From Octopus sinensis (lineage: Eukaryota): a stretch of DNA of 64,000 nucleotides. Within the stretch, counting starts at the first letter, position 1. Each line of letters starts with the position of its first letter. A program made the position numbers and the translations under genes. Below are positions 12,206 to 23,935 of the stretch, in pieces. Under the pieces are notes generated by a model that made no database searches, had not been told where the DNA came from, and saw nothing but the letters and a program-made list of their open reading frames with translations. The stretch spans positions 3,472,001 through 3,536,000 of the forward strand of contig NC_043002.1 of NCBI RefSeq assembly GCF_006345805.1, written 5' to 3'.

Positions 12206-12604
12206 ACTCTTTACTCTTTTACTTGTTTCAGTCATTTGACTGCGGCCATGCTGGAGCACCGCCTTTAGTCGAGCAAATCGACCCCGAGACTTATTCTTTG
12301 TAAGCCCAGTACTTATTCTATCGGTCTCTTTTGCCGAACCGCTAAGTGACGGGGACGTAAACACACCAGCATCGGTTGTCAAGCAATGCTAGGGAGACAA
12401 ACACAAACACATACACACACATACATATATATACACATATACGACAGGCTTCTTTCAGTTTCCGTCTACCAAATCCACTCACAAGACTTTGGTCGGCCCG
12501 GGGCTATAGCAGAAAACACTTGCCCAAGATGCCACGCAGTGGGACTGAACCCAGAACCATGTGGTTGGTTAGCAAGCTACTTACCACACAGCCACTCCTG
12601 TGCC
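12206..12604 (-). mobile_element. Family A tRNA-derived CORE-type SINE, full length
   Basis: Reverse complement of the 6518 and 16661 copies. Confidence 0.88.
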
Positions 12605-12622
12605 TATATAGCCGCTCCTGCG

Positions 12623-12657
<35 letters not shown>

Positions 12658-13135
12658 TCATGTTTTGAGTTTGGGTTTTTCTGTTTGCATCACCAAACTC
12701 ACAGACACACATATATGCATGCATACACACGCACACACACACATATTCATATAAATGTGTGTGTGTGTGTTACATGGGAAAATGTGAGCAAGAGAAAGAA
12801 TATTGTTACGATTATAAACCTGGAAAAGTTGAGGACAACTTATTACGTCTGGTAAAGTACAGAACGAGAAATTTTTTACTTAAAATATTGCAGCTGAGGA
12901 TAAAATTTCAAATAAAATATTTAGATTTAGAAAATATTAGCTTTTATTAAAACTAAAAATTTTATTACAAGTTATTACTTCTATTTGTTATTACTTGTTA
13001 CTTCTATTAAAAATAACTCTAAATTTTTTTGAAGAGCAAAAATTATTTTTTTAAATAATTCATTGATAAATAGAAATTTGAAAATAGGTTATAAAAAATA
13101 ATAGTAGTACATAATTAGTTAGTACAATAAATAGA

Positions 13136-13508
13136 ATAAGAGCACTCAGAAAGCACAAACCTCTGCCAAGGCAACGCCAACGTCCTCTCAACGATTAGCC
13201 AGAGATGATTTTTAAAACGAGAATATCTGAAATAAACTCTACTGCTCTCACAAATGATAATACTAAAGATGAACCTGAACCACTCTCAAAAATTAAGTAA
13301 AAGAACAGGAAAAATAATCCAGAATCCTTGCCCAGTACCAGATTGATCCCAAAATCTATTCAGATAGTGCAAGTCATGAGGCCAAACATCCCTGAAAGTT
13401 TCATCCAAATCCATCCAGCAGTTCTTGAGATATCTTGTCCACAGACAAACAAACTAACTAACATGACTGAAAACAATATCTCTGCCTTCACTAAGGCAGA
13501 AGTAGCAA
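13136..13508 (+). mobile_element. Non-autonomous Helentron-like (HINE/DINE-type) element
   Basis: 5' ACCTCTGCCAAGG, internal AAGTTTCATCCAAATCCATCCAGCAGTTCTTGAGATATC, (CAAA)n, and 3' hairpin TCTGCCTT-CACT-AAGGCAGA. Confidence 0.6.
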
Positions 13509-13876
13509 TACAAAAATTTTTGTTGCATGGGACCAAAACTATGAAATTCTTCATGCTTTCTTCTATCATTGAAGCTAAGATAAATATATTTTGCTTTTAA
13601 AATAAAGTTATTTAGATCTAAACTTGATTGGTGGTGGTACTTAGTCTCCTATGATGTTGCTACAAATTTTACTGTAAACTTTTTTCTACTGGATTAAATC
13701 TCAATTTTTTTTATGCCAAAATCTAGTAAGGGACCAGCCCTCTTCAAAAATGTTAAGAGTTTTCAATTTGGTTAAGAACTGAGTCAGCAAGAAGCTCTGA
13801 AAGATGCTGCATGTGAGTAATATTATTAAGAATATTATTCAACTACGGTAGTAGTTGAATGATATATATATATATA

Positions 13877-14151
13877 TATTACGGAGATGTACTCGCATAG
13901 CAAGTAATTTGATCTGAGATCGTGTGCTGAAACGAAAACAATTGCAGCGTGGAAGGTGTTTATAAGCCATTTAAGAAACACACAAAAGCCGTTCGATTCA
14001 CTTCAACATTTAAGTTTAATTTGTCAAAATATTTTCGGCGCTAAAATCCGCGACCTGTTCACTGACAAATTAAACTTAAATGTTGAAGTGAATCGAACGG
14101 CTTTTGTGTGTTTCTTAAATGGCTTATAAACACCTTCCACGCTGCAATTGT
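13877..14151. mobile_element. Penelope-like foldback element: perfect 89-bp inverted repeat (13938-14026 / 14063-14151) with hammerhead core as loop
   Basis: Arms are exact reverse complements by eye. A second copy at 28201-28532 shares the leader TATTACGGAGATGTACT...GATCTGAGAT. Confidence 0.8.
14019..14070 (-). ncRNA. Minimal type I hammerhead ribozyme with G3:C8-swapped core
   Basis: Minus strand AUUUGUCA-GUGAACA-GGUCGC-GGAUUUUA-GCGCC-GAA-AAUAUU-U^UGACAAAU: stem I, core, stem II, GAAA, palindromic stem III. Predicted cleavage between 14027 and 14026. Confidence 0.65.
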
Positions 14152-15125
14152 ATAGAAAAGTTGGACCTAAGAGGCATCAGATGTTGTGTGCAAGAGAGAC
14201 GATTGCGCTGGTATGGTCATGTGGTGAGAATGGATGAAGATAGGTGTGTGAAAAAGTGCTACACCCTGGCATTTGAGGGGTCCTGTGGAAGAGGTAGACC
14301 CAGGAAAACCTGGGTCGAGGTGGTGAAGCACGACCTTCGAACTCTAGGTCTCACCAAGGAAATGACCAGAGACCTATGGAAGTATGCTGTGCGTGAGAAG
14401 ACCCGGCAAGACCAGTGAGAACAATCAAAATCAAATCATATATCAGAAAGCAGGGGTTAAGTGACCCATCCGTTCGTGTCCGCTGTCAGCCTCGTCTGGC
14501 ACCCGTGCCAGTGATACGTAAAAGCACCATTCACTCATGGCCGTTTGCCAGCTCTGCCTGGCCCCCGTGTCGGTGGCACGTAAAAGCACCATCCGTTCAT
14601 GTTCGTTGCCAGCCTCGCCTGGCCCCGTGCCAGTGACACATAAAAGCACCGTCCGTTCGTGGCCGTTTGCCAGCTCTGTCTGGCCCCGTGTTGGTGGCAC
14701 GTAAAAGCACCATCCGTGCGTGTCCGTTGCCAGCCTCGGCTGGCCCCCATGCCGGTGACACGTAAAAGCACCGTCCGTTCATGGCCGTTTGCCAGCTCTG
14801 TCTGGCAACCGTGTTGGTGGCACGTAAAAGCACCATCCGTTCGTGTCCGTTGCCAGCATCGCCTGGCCCCGTGCCGGTGACACGTAAAAGCACCATCTGT
14901 TCATGGCCGTTCGCCAGCTCTGTCTGGCACCTGTGCAGGTGGCACGTAAAATACACCCACTACACTCGCGGAGTGGTTGGCGTTAGGAAGGGCATCCAGC
15001 CGTAGAAACACTGCCAGATCTGACTGGGCCTGACGAAGCCTTCCAGCTTCACAGACCCCAGTTGACCCGTCCAACCCATGCTAGCATGGAAAGCGGACGC
15101 TAAATGATGATGATGATGATGATGA

Positions 15126-15128
<3 letters not shown>
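14152..15128 (+). mobile_element. 5'-truncated RTE LINE 3' end with expanded 3'UTR tandem array and (GAT)n tail
   Basis: EKLDLRGIRCCVQERRLRWYGHVVRMDEDRCVKKC...GRGRPRKTW, stop ~14418, then family B module. Confidence 0.88.
14467..14957 (+). repeat. Eight ~61-bp tandem units in (AB)4 higher-order arrangement
   Basis: A units: GTGTCCGTTGCCAGCCTCG..GTGACAC. B units: TGGCCGTTTGCCAGCTCTG..GTGGCAC. They alternate and each ends TAAAAGCAC. Confidence 0.9.
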
Positions 15129-15159
<31 letters not shown>

Positions 15160-15162
<3 letters not shown>

Positions 15163-15440
15163 CCAGCACTTATTCTATCAGTCTTTTTTGCCAAGCTGCT
15201 AAGTTACAGAGATGTAAGCACACCAACACCAGTTGACAAGAGGTGGTGGTGGTGGTGGTGGGAATAAATACACACATAATAGGCTTCTTTCAGTTTCCAT
15301 CTACCAAATCCACTCATAAGGCTTTGGTTGGCTTGGGACTATAGTAGATGGCACTTACCCAAGGTGCCATGCATTAAGACTGAAACCAGAACCATGTGAT
15401 TGGGAAGCAAGCTTCTTACCATACAGCTGTGTCTATGCCT
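15160..15440 (-). mobile_element. Older family A SINE
   Basis: Degenerate reverse complement of the family A body and head. Confidence 0.7.
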
Positions 15441-15729
15441 AAGAAGAAATACTTATATCTACCTATTTAAATATCTATGTCTACCAAATGATATGTGTGT
15501 GTGTGTGTGTGTGTGTGTGACAAGAAATAATTTTTGCTTCTTTTTATAGGGACAAAAAGATTAATATTAACAAGTGCATAAAGGTATCTCTTGTCATCCT
15601 TAGGTCCTTTGGGCCTAAAACATTAAATAAATTTACAGAGGTGACCCCTTTCTGCAACCATAAGTTTTCTTCTACTTTTCTGCCCTTCTATGCATACCTT
15701 CCCTTCTTGGGACACAAAACTCTACTTGT

Positions 15730-16115
15730 GAAGACCTGTTGAGGCAAGTGAGAATCAGAATCGAAATCGATCAATGGAAATTGCAGCTGAGATACCAGTG
15801 CCGGTGGCACGTAAGAGAACCATCCGAACGTGGCCGCCCCCAGCGCGACCCCGACTGGCCTCGTGCCGGTGGCACGTAAAAAGCACCATCCAATCGTGGC
15901 CGTTTGCCAGACTCGTCTGGCACCTGTGCCAGTGGCACGTAAAAAGCACCCACTACACTCATGGAGTGGTTGGCGTTAGGAAGGGCATCCAGCCGTAGAA
16001 ACATTGCCAGATCAGACTGGGCCTGGTGCAGCCTTCTGGCTTCCCAGACCCCAGTTGAACCGTCCAACCCATGCTAGCATGGAAAGCGGACGCTAAACGA
16101 TGATGATGATGATGA
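15730..16115 (+). mobile_element. Family B RTE 3'UTR/tail module
   Basis: GAAGACCTGTTGAG...ATGGAAATTG..., three units, (GAT)n tail. Confidence 0.82.
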
Positions 16116-16660
16116 TATAGAATTAAAGCTAGATATGGTAAATAATATTTAGTTTGTTTACTGGGTTTTGAAACCGGATAGTAAAAATTCCTATGATTAG
16201 TAGCCACCTACATGTTTCACCATAAAATAGAATAATCTTTTCTTTTCTTATGTGTGTGTTAGAAAATGTTGGACTGGTCCTGCTATAGGTTATTATCTTG
16301 AAATTAGGTTCTGCAACCATTTTGTAACTCTTGTGAATGACTAATTGTGGAGATTCCTGTTCATCATTGCCAAGATGCACTTTAACTTGTAATCGGACCA
16401 TGACCTGAAATGGCCATAGATGTGTTTTGACTTGATTTTGTGGAATTCTCTTACGCTCCTTGGACTTCAACCTACCATGGTTTTTATGAAATGAACTATT
16501 TTGACATATTTTTAATTGAGGGGAGTAAAAACTTTTTGGGTTGATTTTTTTAGTCACCTGACACACTTTAGTAATTCATGCTGATTACTTATTTTTAGTC
16601 GATTGAATATACCTTTTCTTGATAGGCTGTTCTATATATTTGTATCTTTATGTGCCTATA

Positions 16661-16825
16661 GGCGCAGGAGTGGCTGTGTAGTAAGTAGCTTGGTAACCAA
16701 CCACATGGTTCCAGGTTCAGTCCCACTGCGTGGCACCTTGGGCAAGTGTCTTCTGCTATAGCCCCGGGCTGACCAATGCCTTGTGAGTGGATTTGGTAGA
16801 CGGAAACTGAAAGAAGCCTGTCGTA

Positions 16826-16913
<88 letters not shown>

Positions 16914-17111
16914 TGATTGTCCCCCTAGCATTGCTTGACAACCGATTCTGGTGTGCTTACGTCCCCATCACTTAGCGGTTCGGCAAAAGAGACCGATAGA
17001 ATAAGTACTGGGCTTACAAAGAATAAGTCCCGGGGTCGATTTGCTTGACTAAAGGCGGTGCTCCAGCATGGCCGCAGTCAAATGACTGAAACAAGTAAAA
17101 GAGTAAAGAGT
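16661..17111 (+). mobile_element. Family A SINE, full length
   Basis: GGCGCAGGAGTGGCTGTG head to GTAAAAGAGTAAAGAG tail. Confidence 0.88.
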
Positions 17112-17254
17112 ATATATCTTTTACCCTCTGTCTTTTTATATGTATTCCTTTTATATGTTGAAGGCTATGGTAATATTTATATATGATCAAATGTATGGAA
17201 GCATGGTGTTATATAAAGTTGTTGACTCAAATTTGATGTTTGCTCTCTAATCAA

Positions 17255-17930
17255 TAGCACGTGAAAAAACATTTGAGCGAGGTCATTACCAGTGCTGCTG
17301 GACTGGCTCCTGTGCAGGTGGCACATAAAAAGTACCATTTGAGCGTGGCCGTTGCCAGTACCGCCTGACTGGCCCTCGTGCCAGTGGCACGTAAAAGTAC
17401 TCACTACACTCTCAGAGTGGTTGGCATTAAGATGGGCATCCAGCTGTAGAAACTCTGCCAGATCAGATTGGATTCTGGTGCAGCCATCTGGTTCGCCAGT
17501 CCTCAGTCAAATCGTCCAACCCATGGAAAGCGGACGTTAAACAATGATGATGATATATATATATATATACCTATATATATATACCTATCCTTGTCCCTCT
17601 TTACCTTTAATCTCTTAACTGGCACAAAGTCTCCCCCCCCCCACCTCAATACTACTCCCCCTCTCCCTACTCTCAGTCAAGGCGTTTTTGTCTTGCAAGT
17701 TGCCTGGTGACCCTGTCAGTGTTGATGCCACATAAAAAAGCACTGGTGCTGGTTGTACATAGAAAACATCCAATATACTCTGTAAAGCAGCTGGCATTAG
17801 AAAGGGCATCCAGTCATAGAAACCATGCCTAAACAGACAACCTGAGCCTGGTGCAACTCTCTGGCTTGCCAGCTTCTGTCAAACTGTCTGACCCATACCA
17901 GCCTTGAAAGCAGATGTTAAATGATGATAG
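17255..17930 (+). mobile_element. Two family B-related modules (17255-17553, 17690-17930)
   Basis: TAAAAAGCAC units, GGGCATCCAG motif, GATGAT tails. Confidence 0.7.
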
Positions 17931-18869
17931 CAATACGAATTTGTAGATCGTTATCATCATCATTGATTGTTGTGATACGACTGAAGGAAAACACTTTGGA
18001 GTAGCATTTCTAGTTGCAGAACAGAAACACCATGGTGTTTCTTACATGGAACACAGTGAGTTAAAAAAAAAACTTTCATTAACTGACATTATCCCAGCAA
18101 TTAGTAGACAAAAATACCCTGTATTGTGTTCAACTTTCCACTGCCATATTTGTGTTGAAATATACTGCGTTAATTTCCATACATTTTGAAAAGAATTAAC
18201 AGTGCCATTAGCAAACTGGTGTTTGGAACAAATTAACATGGAATTTAGATGAAAGATTTTAAAGAGCAAGGGTGGTCTCAGACAAGCTAATATAAAAAGG
18301 GTTAAAGTTCAAAAACAAATAAGCAACTTAACTTAAACCAGAGATCAGAAATAGTTTTTGCAATAATCCCCTTTTCCTTTTCTTTTTAGATTTGCTCACC
18401 ACCACCACCACCACCACCACCACTACCAACAAGTCTATTATATTATATCTTGCAGATGAAAATATACCTACTTATCTCCACTCCCATTTCCATCCACTGG
18501 CAATGTATATATATATGCAAAACTCTAACAAATCATGCCAGAAAAGATGACCTAAAAGTTATCGACTGATCAATGGTCCACAAATACATTAAATTTGAAG
18601 AAATTTCAGACAAAAAAAAAAAAAAAAAAAAGGATGGGGGTCTGAGGCTGACAAAGAATATCTCAGACATCTAACCAACTTGTTGCTGATCTAGCAATTT
18701 AGATGTCCAACAGATCACATCTTTGCATGGCTGCAGGTCTTCATTCAAAGTCAACCACTCACAACGATGCTGTATCATACTCCTCATTAATCCATGAGAT
18801 AATCTGTTTCTCTGCTACGGCAACAATATTCTTTATTCTAAATTCCCTGGTAATCCTTCTCCCTTTAAA

Positions 18870-19620
18870 ATGGTTGGGATTTGCAGCTAATCTTGAGGTG
18901 CAGCTGCAGCCTGTTAAGAAATGGGGAAAGAAGTGGCTAGTAACTTTCAACCCTTGGCAACAGCAAACTCCTGTCTTTAGGAAGCAGGATCCCTATCTTC
19001 CTCCTCCCATCTTCAGAAGTTATAGATCCAAGGCATCACATGTAAAACAGTGAAACCACTTGAGGAAAAGTCTCCTTTGAAACTGCTTGCTCTTAATTTC
19101 TCTTCTGATGTTTCTTGAGGAGCCTACATACAATCAACTGGTAGGTCTGCTTCCCATATTGTTGGGTCACTATTTGGTCAAACAAAGGTCAACCTAAAAT
19201 CCAAAGCTATTTTGTATTTTTACAAGTCCACAATCCATTCTTGTATGGAATGATGTCATATTTGGGCAGGCGCACCATCTTGTCATTTGGATCTCGTCAA
19301 ACAAGTTCAGTAACGAGTCTCTAATTTGATTGGTCCCTCTCTTGCTTCAACTCTGCAACCCTTGTCACATTGACATGATCTCACCAGCCTTGGTTTTTTT
19401 CTATTGTTACTATCACAGGAAGTGTTATAATGAACTTTCTCTCTTAGTTCCAGATCACTTTCTGCCATCTCACCTGCATCAAAACTCACACCATCTTCAT
19501 CCAAATGCTGTTGTGCTTCCATGAATAAAGAACTCTTTCAACACTTGAAGCTTTTTACCTTGAACTGCTAGACTTTGGGACTTTCTTTTATCTCATTGTT
19601 TTCCCCCCACTTCTTATGAC
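18870..19620 (+). mobile_element. Degraded CR1/L2-group LINE 3' fragment
   Basis: AANLEVQLQPVKKWGKKWLVTFNP; ILYFYKSTIHSCME*CHIWAGA; FFYCYYHRKCYNELSLLVP. Confidence 0.7.
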
Positions 19621-20699
19621 CTGAACTTCTTCAAGTCTAAAGTAAAGTCATTCCTTTCATTTTTTAAATTTTCTCTTCTTCATGGACCCTTACACTAAGC
19701 AGCTTTTCACCTTATTTGAGATGTTCAAAAACAAAAAAAAGAAGAGATATCTAGGTTTTGTATGACAACCCCTGACTTTCTGTTCTCTATCAGAATTGAC
19801 AGTTCTCCAACCCCTTTCTCACATTATGTAATATTATCTTATCACAACCAGTTCCATCTGTGATAAGATATCAGTGATAACAGAATGTAAGTTGTCTGAG
19901 CAGTTCATGGGCATCATTTATGGATGCTCATATTGGTAACAATTCTCAAGACCTGAATTCTTGTCAGTCTGCCAAAAATCACTCTCTGTACTTGTAGGGT
20001 ACCCACTGTTTACACTGATTACTTAGTATCAAGTTCCTATGTACTCCACTCTTAAAAAACACCATGTCCTAGATGGCACTTGAGTGCAGATGCATATACT
20101 GCACTTCTTTCTAGAGAAGCTGCCAAACAGGGGAGATAATACTGTCACTCTCACATAAGATATGAGAGAAATGTTTGAATTTTGGTGTTACTGAGTATGT
20201 AGAGCAACATATGGTGAGTATTGTGAAAGTTTGGTCGTTTTTACATTAGTGTTGTTATAATAATGTTGTTGTCGTTATAGCGAGTACACGTGTATATGTA
20301 TGTGCATGTGTTATGTGTACGCTTACACCCTTGTGATGTTCTTGTTCCTACTTTCTCTTTTGTAATAAATATTACAAATCTCACCATCTGGATGGTGGTA
20401 CTTTCAACCTTTTTACACTCAAAGCAGCTGGAAGGATCAAAACCCGTACTTCTCTCTTCACCATCAGACAGAACTATTTGGAAGATCTTCAGGCCACTCC
20501 AGACACATTTGTGAATACTTATGACTGTTTTTGTTGAGAAATTAATATTTAAAAATGAAGGTCTTGATGCAACCTCCACCTTCAGTTTCCAATTCACGAC
20601 CAACCAGTTGAAAAAGTGAACCATTTCTGTTATCAAGAAAGTATCCTTAATAAACATACTAATGTAGCTGATGACATCAGAATTCGAACCTGTTCCCAA

Positions 20700-22200
20700 G
20701 GCTTTAAGTATATCTTCAATGTGGTGAAAGAGTTCTGTGTTAGGCAGTCCCTGCCACAGTGAAAGCCATGCTGATTTGCATTTAGGAGTTTGTGGGTCTC
20801 CAGGAAGTCAGCTATCCTTGATCTTACCACTCTTTCAAACACTTTAAGAGTGAGATTGGGCGATAGTTGACTGTGAGGGATCTGTTTCCCTGTTTGAAAA
20901 CTGGGATGACAGACTGGGATAGGAGCTGTTTCAGTATATAACCCGAGTCTAAAGAATTTCTCCAGAGGTTGGTCAGAGGGACTACAAGTAGGTGTCTACA
21001 TTCCTTCAGGAGACTAACGGGGAATCTATCAGGGCCTACAGCAGAATAATACTTGACCTTAGTTAGTTAGTTAGTTAGTTAATTTGGCTCAAAAGCAAAT
21101 AGCAAGGCCATGTAGGGGGACATGGAGTTAAGTACAGGGTGGTGTTCATGTAAAGAGTTCAGGCCACTTGAGGTCAAGGGAGGCTTTGAACAAAGCGGTC
21201 GTCGGCATCTTCACCATCTCGTCTGGCAGCTTGTTCCACGGATCCGCAACCCGGACGGAGAAAGCTCCTCTTCTTCGATTGAGATGAAATCGTCGCAGGT
21301 AGAGCTTTTCGGAATGACCCCGCAGCCGACGCTCTGGAGCAGGAGTGAAGAACAGCTCTTTCGAGAGGTTACACTTTCCGCTTATGATGTGGGCGAGAAT
21401 GAGATCACCACGGCGGTGGCGTTTTTCAAGAGAATAAAGGTCGAGCGTCCTCAGCCTTTCTTCATAGGACAAATTTTTGAGACCATGAACCATGCGGGTA
21501 GCCAGCTTCTGGACTCTTTCGAGATGCTGTATGTCTTTGAGGAGATAAGGAGAAGAGGCTTGAATCCCGTACTCCAATATGGGTCTCACCAGCGTGACAC
21601 AGAGTGGTAGGAATATGGCTGCTGTGAGCATTCCGAATGACCGTTGAATCAAGAACAGAATTCCGCATGCTTTGTTGGCAGCATGGACGCACTGGGCCGA
21701 AGGCGAAAAGGAGGAATCCACCAAGATACCCAGGTCCTTTACCTGATCGGTCCTCTCCAGCAACAGACGACCCGGCTCGAAATCAAGTTGAGTTGCAGGA
21801 GGAGAGCCAACAGGCAGATGACAGCACTTTGACACATTCAGACACAGGTCCCATTCGTTAGACCACTTCCAAATTTGGTGGAGGCATCGACGAAGATCCT
21901 CTATATCACCGCGAGGAGCAACCAGTTTGATATCGTTGGCAAATAGAAGGGTGTGTTGCGTGAGGTCGTCGGGCAAGTCATTTATGAAGACTAAGAACAA
22001 TAAGGGCCCAAGCACTGAACCTTGAGCCACACCACTGCTCGCACTGGAGACGTCGGACCGCGAACCATTAACCATTGACCTCATTTATTACTGTTATGAT
22101 GTCAGAAGCAGTGAAGATTATATCCAAGATTTTATGTTGGGAATCAACTTGTTCACTTCTCTTACATTAATATCAGATATAAGATAAAAAAAATTGTCAA
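20700..22200 (-). mobile_element. Old CR1-clade LINE RT fragment, interrupted by a younger CR1 insertion
   Basis: Joining across the insertion reads DIIFTASDIITVINEVK-YYSAVGPDRFPVSLLKEC...IPVFK...NYRPISL...VFERVVRSRI...QHGF. Confidence 0.75.
21060..22074 (-). mobile_element. Young 5'-truncated CR1-clade LINE (RT C-half ORF ending 21146), (AACT)n tail, 7-bp TSD
   Basis: SGVAQGSVLGPLLFLVFINDLP, LLFANDIKL, RPILEY, LERVQKLAT, LRGHSEKL, WNKLP in a ~310-aa open frame. GC-rich relative to host. TTGACCT at 21053-21059 and 22075-22081. Confidence 0.92.
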
Positions 22201-22329
22201 CTTTTATTATATTCATTATATTATATTGTTTCTGATATATATTGATATTACTAAGAAATATTGCTGGTCCCTGGCACATTAAAAAAAAAAAACTGCCGGT
22301 ACGTCACATCAGATAGTATGACAAGCACT

Positions 22330-22830
22330 GAGTGAGATGACCTAATTAGAAATGGTGGAGGACGCTCAGAAAGCATAGTTGCTAGAATAGGAACCATGAG
22401 GAGAAAATTTACGGAGCTACTGTTGGTAACAGAAGGTTTCTATCTCTGATGAAAGGTTAATTGTATGATGCTTGTGAATGAATTGCAATACTATTTAGTA
22501 GTGAAATGTAGGTCACAAATGCAGAGGACTTGCACAAACTAGAAAGTAATGAAACTAAAATTCCACTGGATGTACGATGTCACTGTGCATGTTTAACAAA
22601 GTGCAAATGAGCTGAGAGAAAAATTGGTCATAAGAGGCATCAGATGTTGTATGCATCACTAGTACATGATGCATATGGATGAGGACAGCTAAATGCAGAA
22701 GAGGGGGACACAAGAAGATGCAGAATGAAGTAGTGAAGATCGACAACAGGATGTTAAGCCTCATGGAGGAGATGAAAGAGGACTAAGATGAGGGGTGATT
22801 TGCTGCACTTGAAGAGAAGACCCAACCATC
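22330..22830 (+). mobile_element. Very degenerate RTE LINE 3' fragment
   Basis: Nucleotide similarity to the reverse complement of 30900-31450 (GCTAGAATAGG, TTGTATGATGCTTGTG, AGAGGCATCAGATGT). Confidence 0.65.
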
Positions 22831-23899
22831 TCAGTAAAAAAAAATGAGCTCCTAAAAGCATACCATTTATATTTATGCCCTTACACCCACCCAATCGGTC
22901 CATATCAAACCTTCTCCATGACTCGGCTTCTTAACACCCATCCCTTCATCACTCTTCTAACTATGGCACTGTTTGTTCAGTTGCTGAGAGTAGAACCACA
23001 GGTATTTCTTTCCCATTTCCTGCTGCTAGTTATCTCTCTCCTTGTAACCTCTTTCTGTTACCTCTACCATTGTTCAATATCATCCTTTATCACCTTTTTT
23101 TCCACTGAATACTCTTTCCTCTGAACACCCTTTCATATCTGCCATTAACACAACCCCAAACTTTGTCACTCACTATATCCACCCCTATTAACCTCTGACC
23201 TCCACTTCTGTCACTGTGCATCTCTCTCTCTCTCTCTACCACTTGCTCCAACTTCACATCATTTCCCTGTTTCTCATCTCTCCACTTCCCCTATTTATGA
23301 ACTTCCACCTACCATCTCTTCCTCTCTGACCCACTCCCTATTTTCCTTTACATTCCACCCCTAAACTGAGATTCATTATTGATCACATCTCCAACCCTGT
23401 TCACCATTCATTGTATCTCCACTCTAACCATCTGTTACTTTGTTCTTTGAAGGTAAGCTCTGATACATTATCACCACATCCTTTGGGCAGCCATATATCT
23501 CCTCTACATCAAGACAACTGTTCTCTATATCATCATCTAGTACAAAGCCATCTCCCTCAACACTGCACACCTACTCAGTCAAGGGGTCTTTGTTTTGCAA
23601 GTTACTTAATGACTTCACAGGTGGTAGGCATTAGGAAGGGCATCCAGTCATAGAAACCACACCAAAGCTGACATTGGAGTTTAGCAGTTTCCTGGATCAT
23701 CAGATCTGGTTGGGTCCTCCAATCCATGCCAGCACAAGAGATTGATGTTAAATGAGGATGATAACAACAATGAAAATGTAATATGATATCAATGATATTG
23801 AATAAAATATCAATGATAAGCTATAAATGATATGAAAATATTCAAACACCTCCTTTTCAAAGGTAAATAAATATATCCATCACATATGTTGGTTACTAC

Positions 23900-23935
<36 letters not shown>

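Noticed and set aside
14467-14957. CRISPR-like array (regular palindromic repeats)
   Set aside because: The intervening sequences are themselves repeated (A/B alternation), there are no unique spacers or cas genes, and the array lies in a LINE 3'UTR in eukaryotic DNA.
19620-20240. Possible LINE endonuclease remnant
   Set aside because: Could not recover ordered motifs on either strand.
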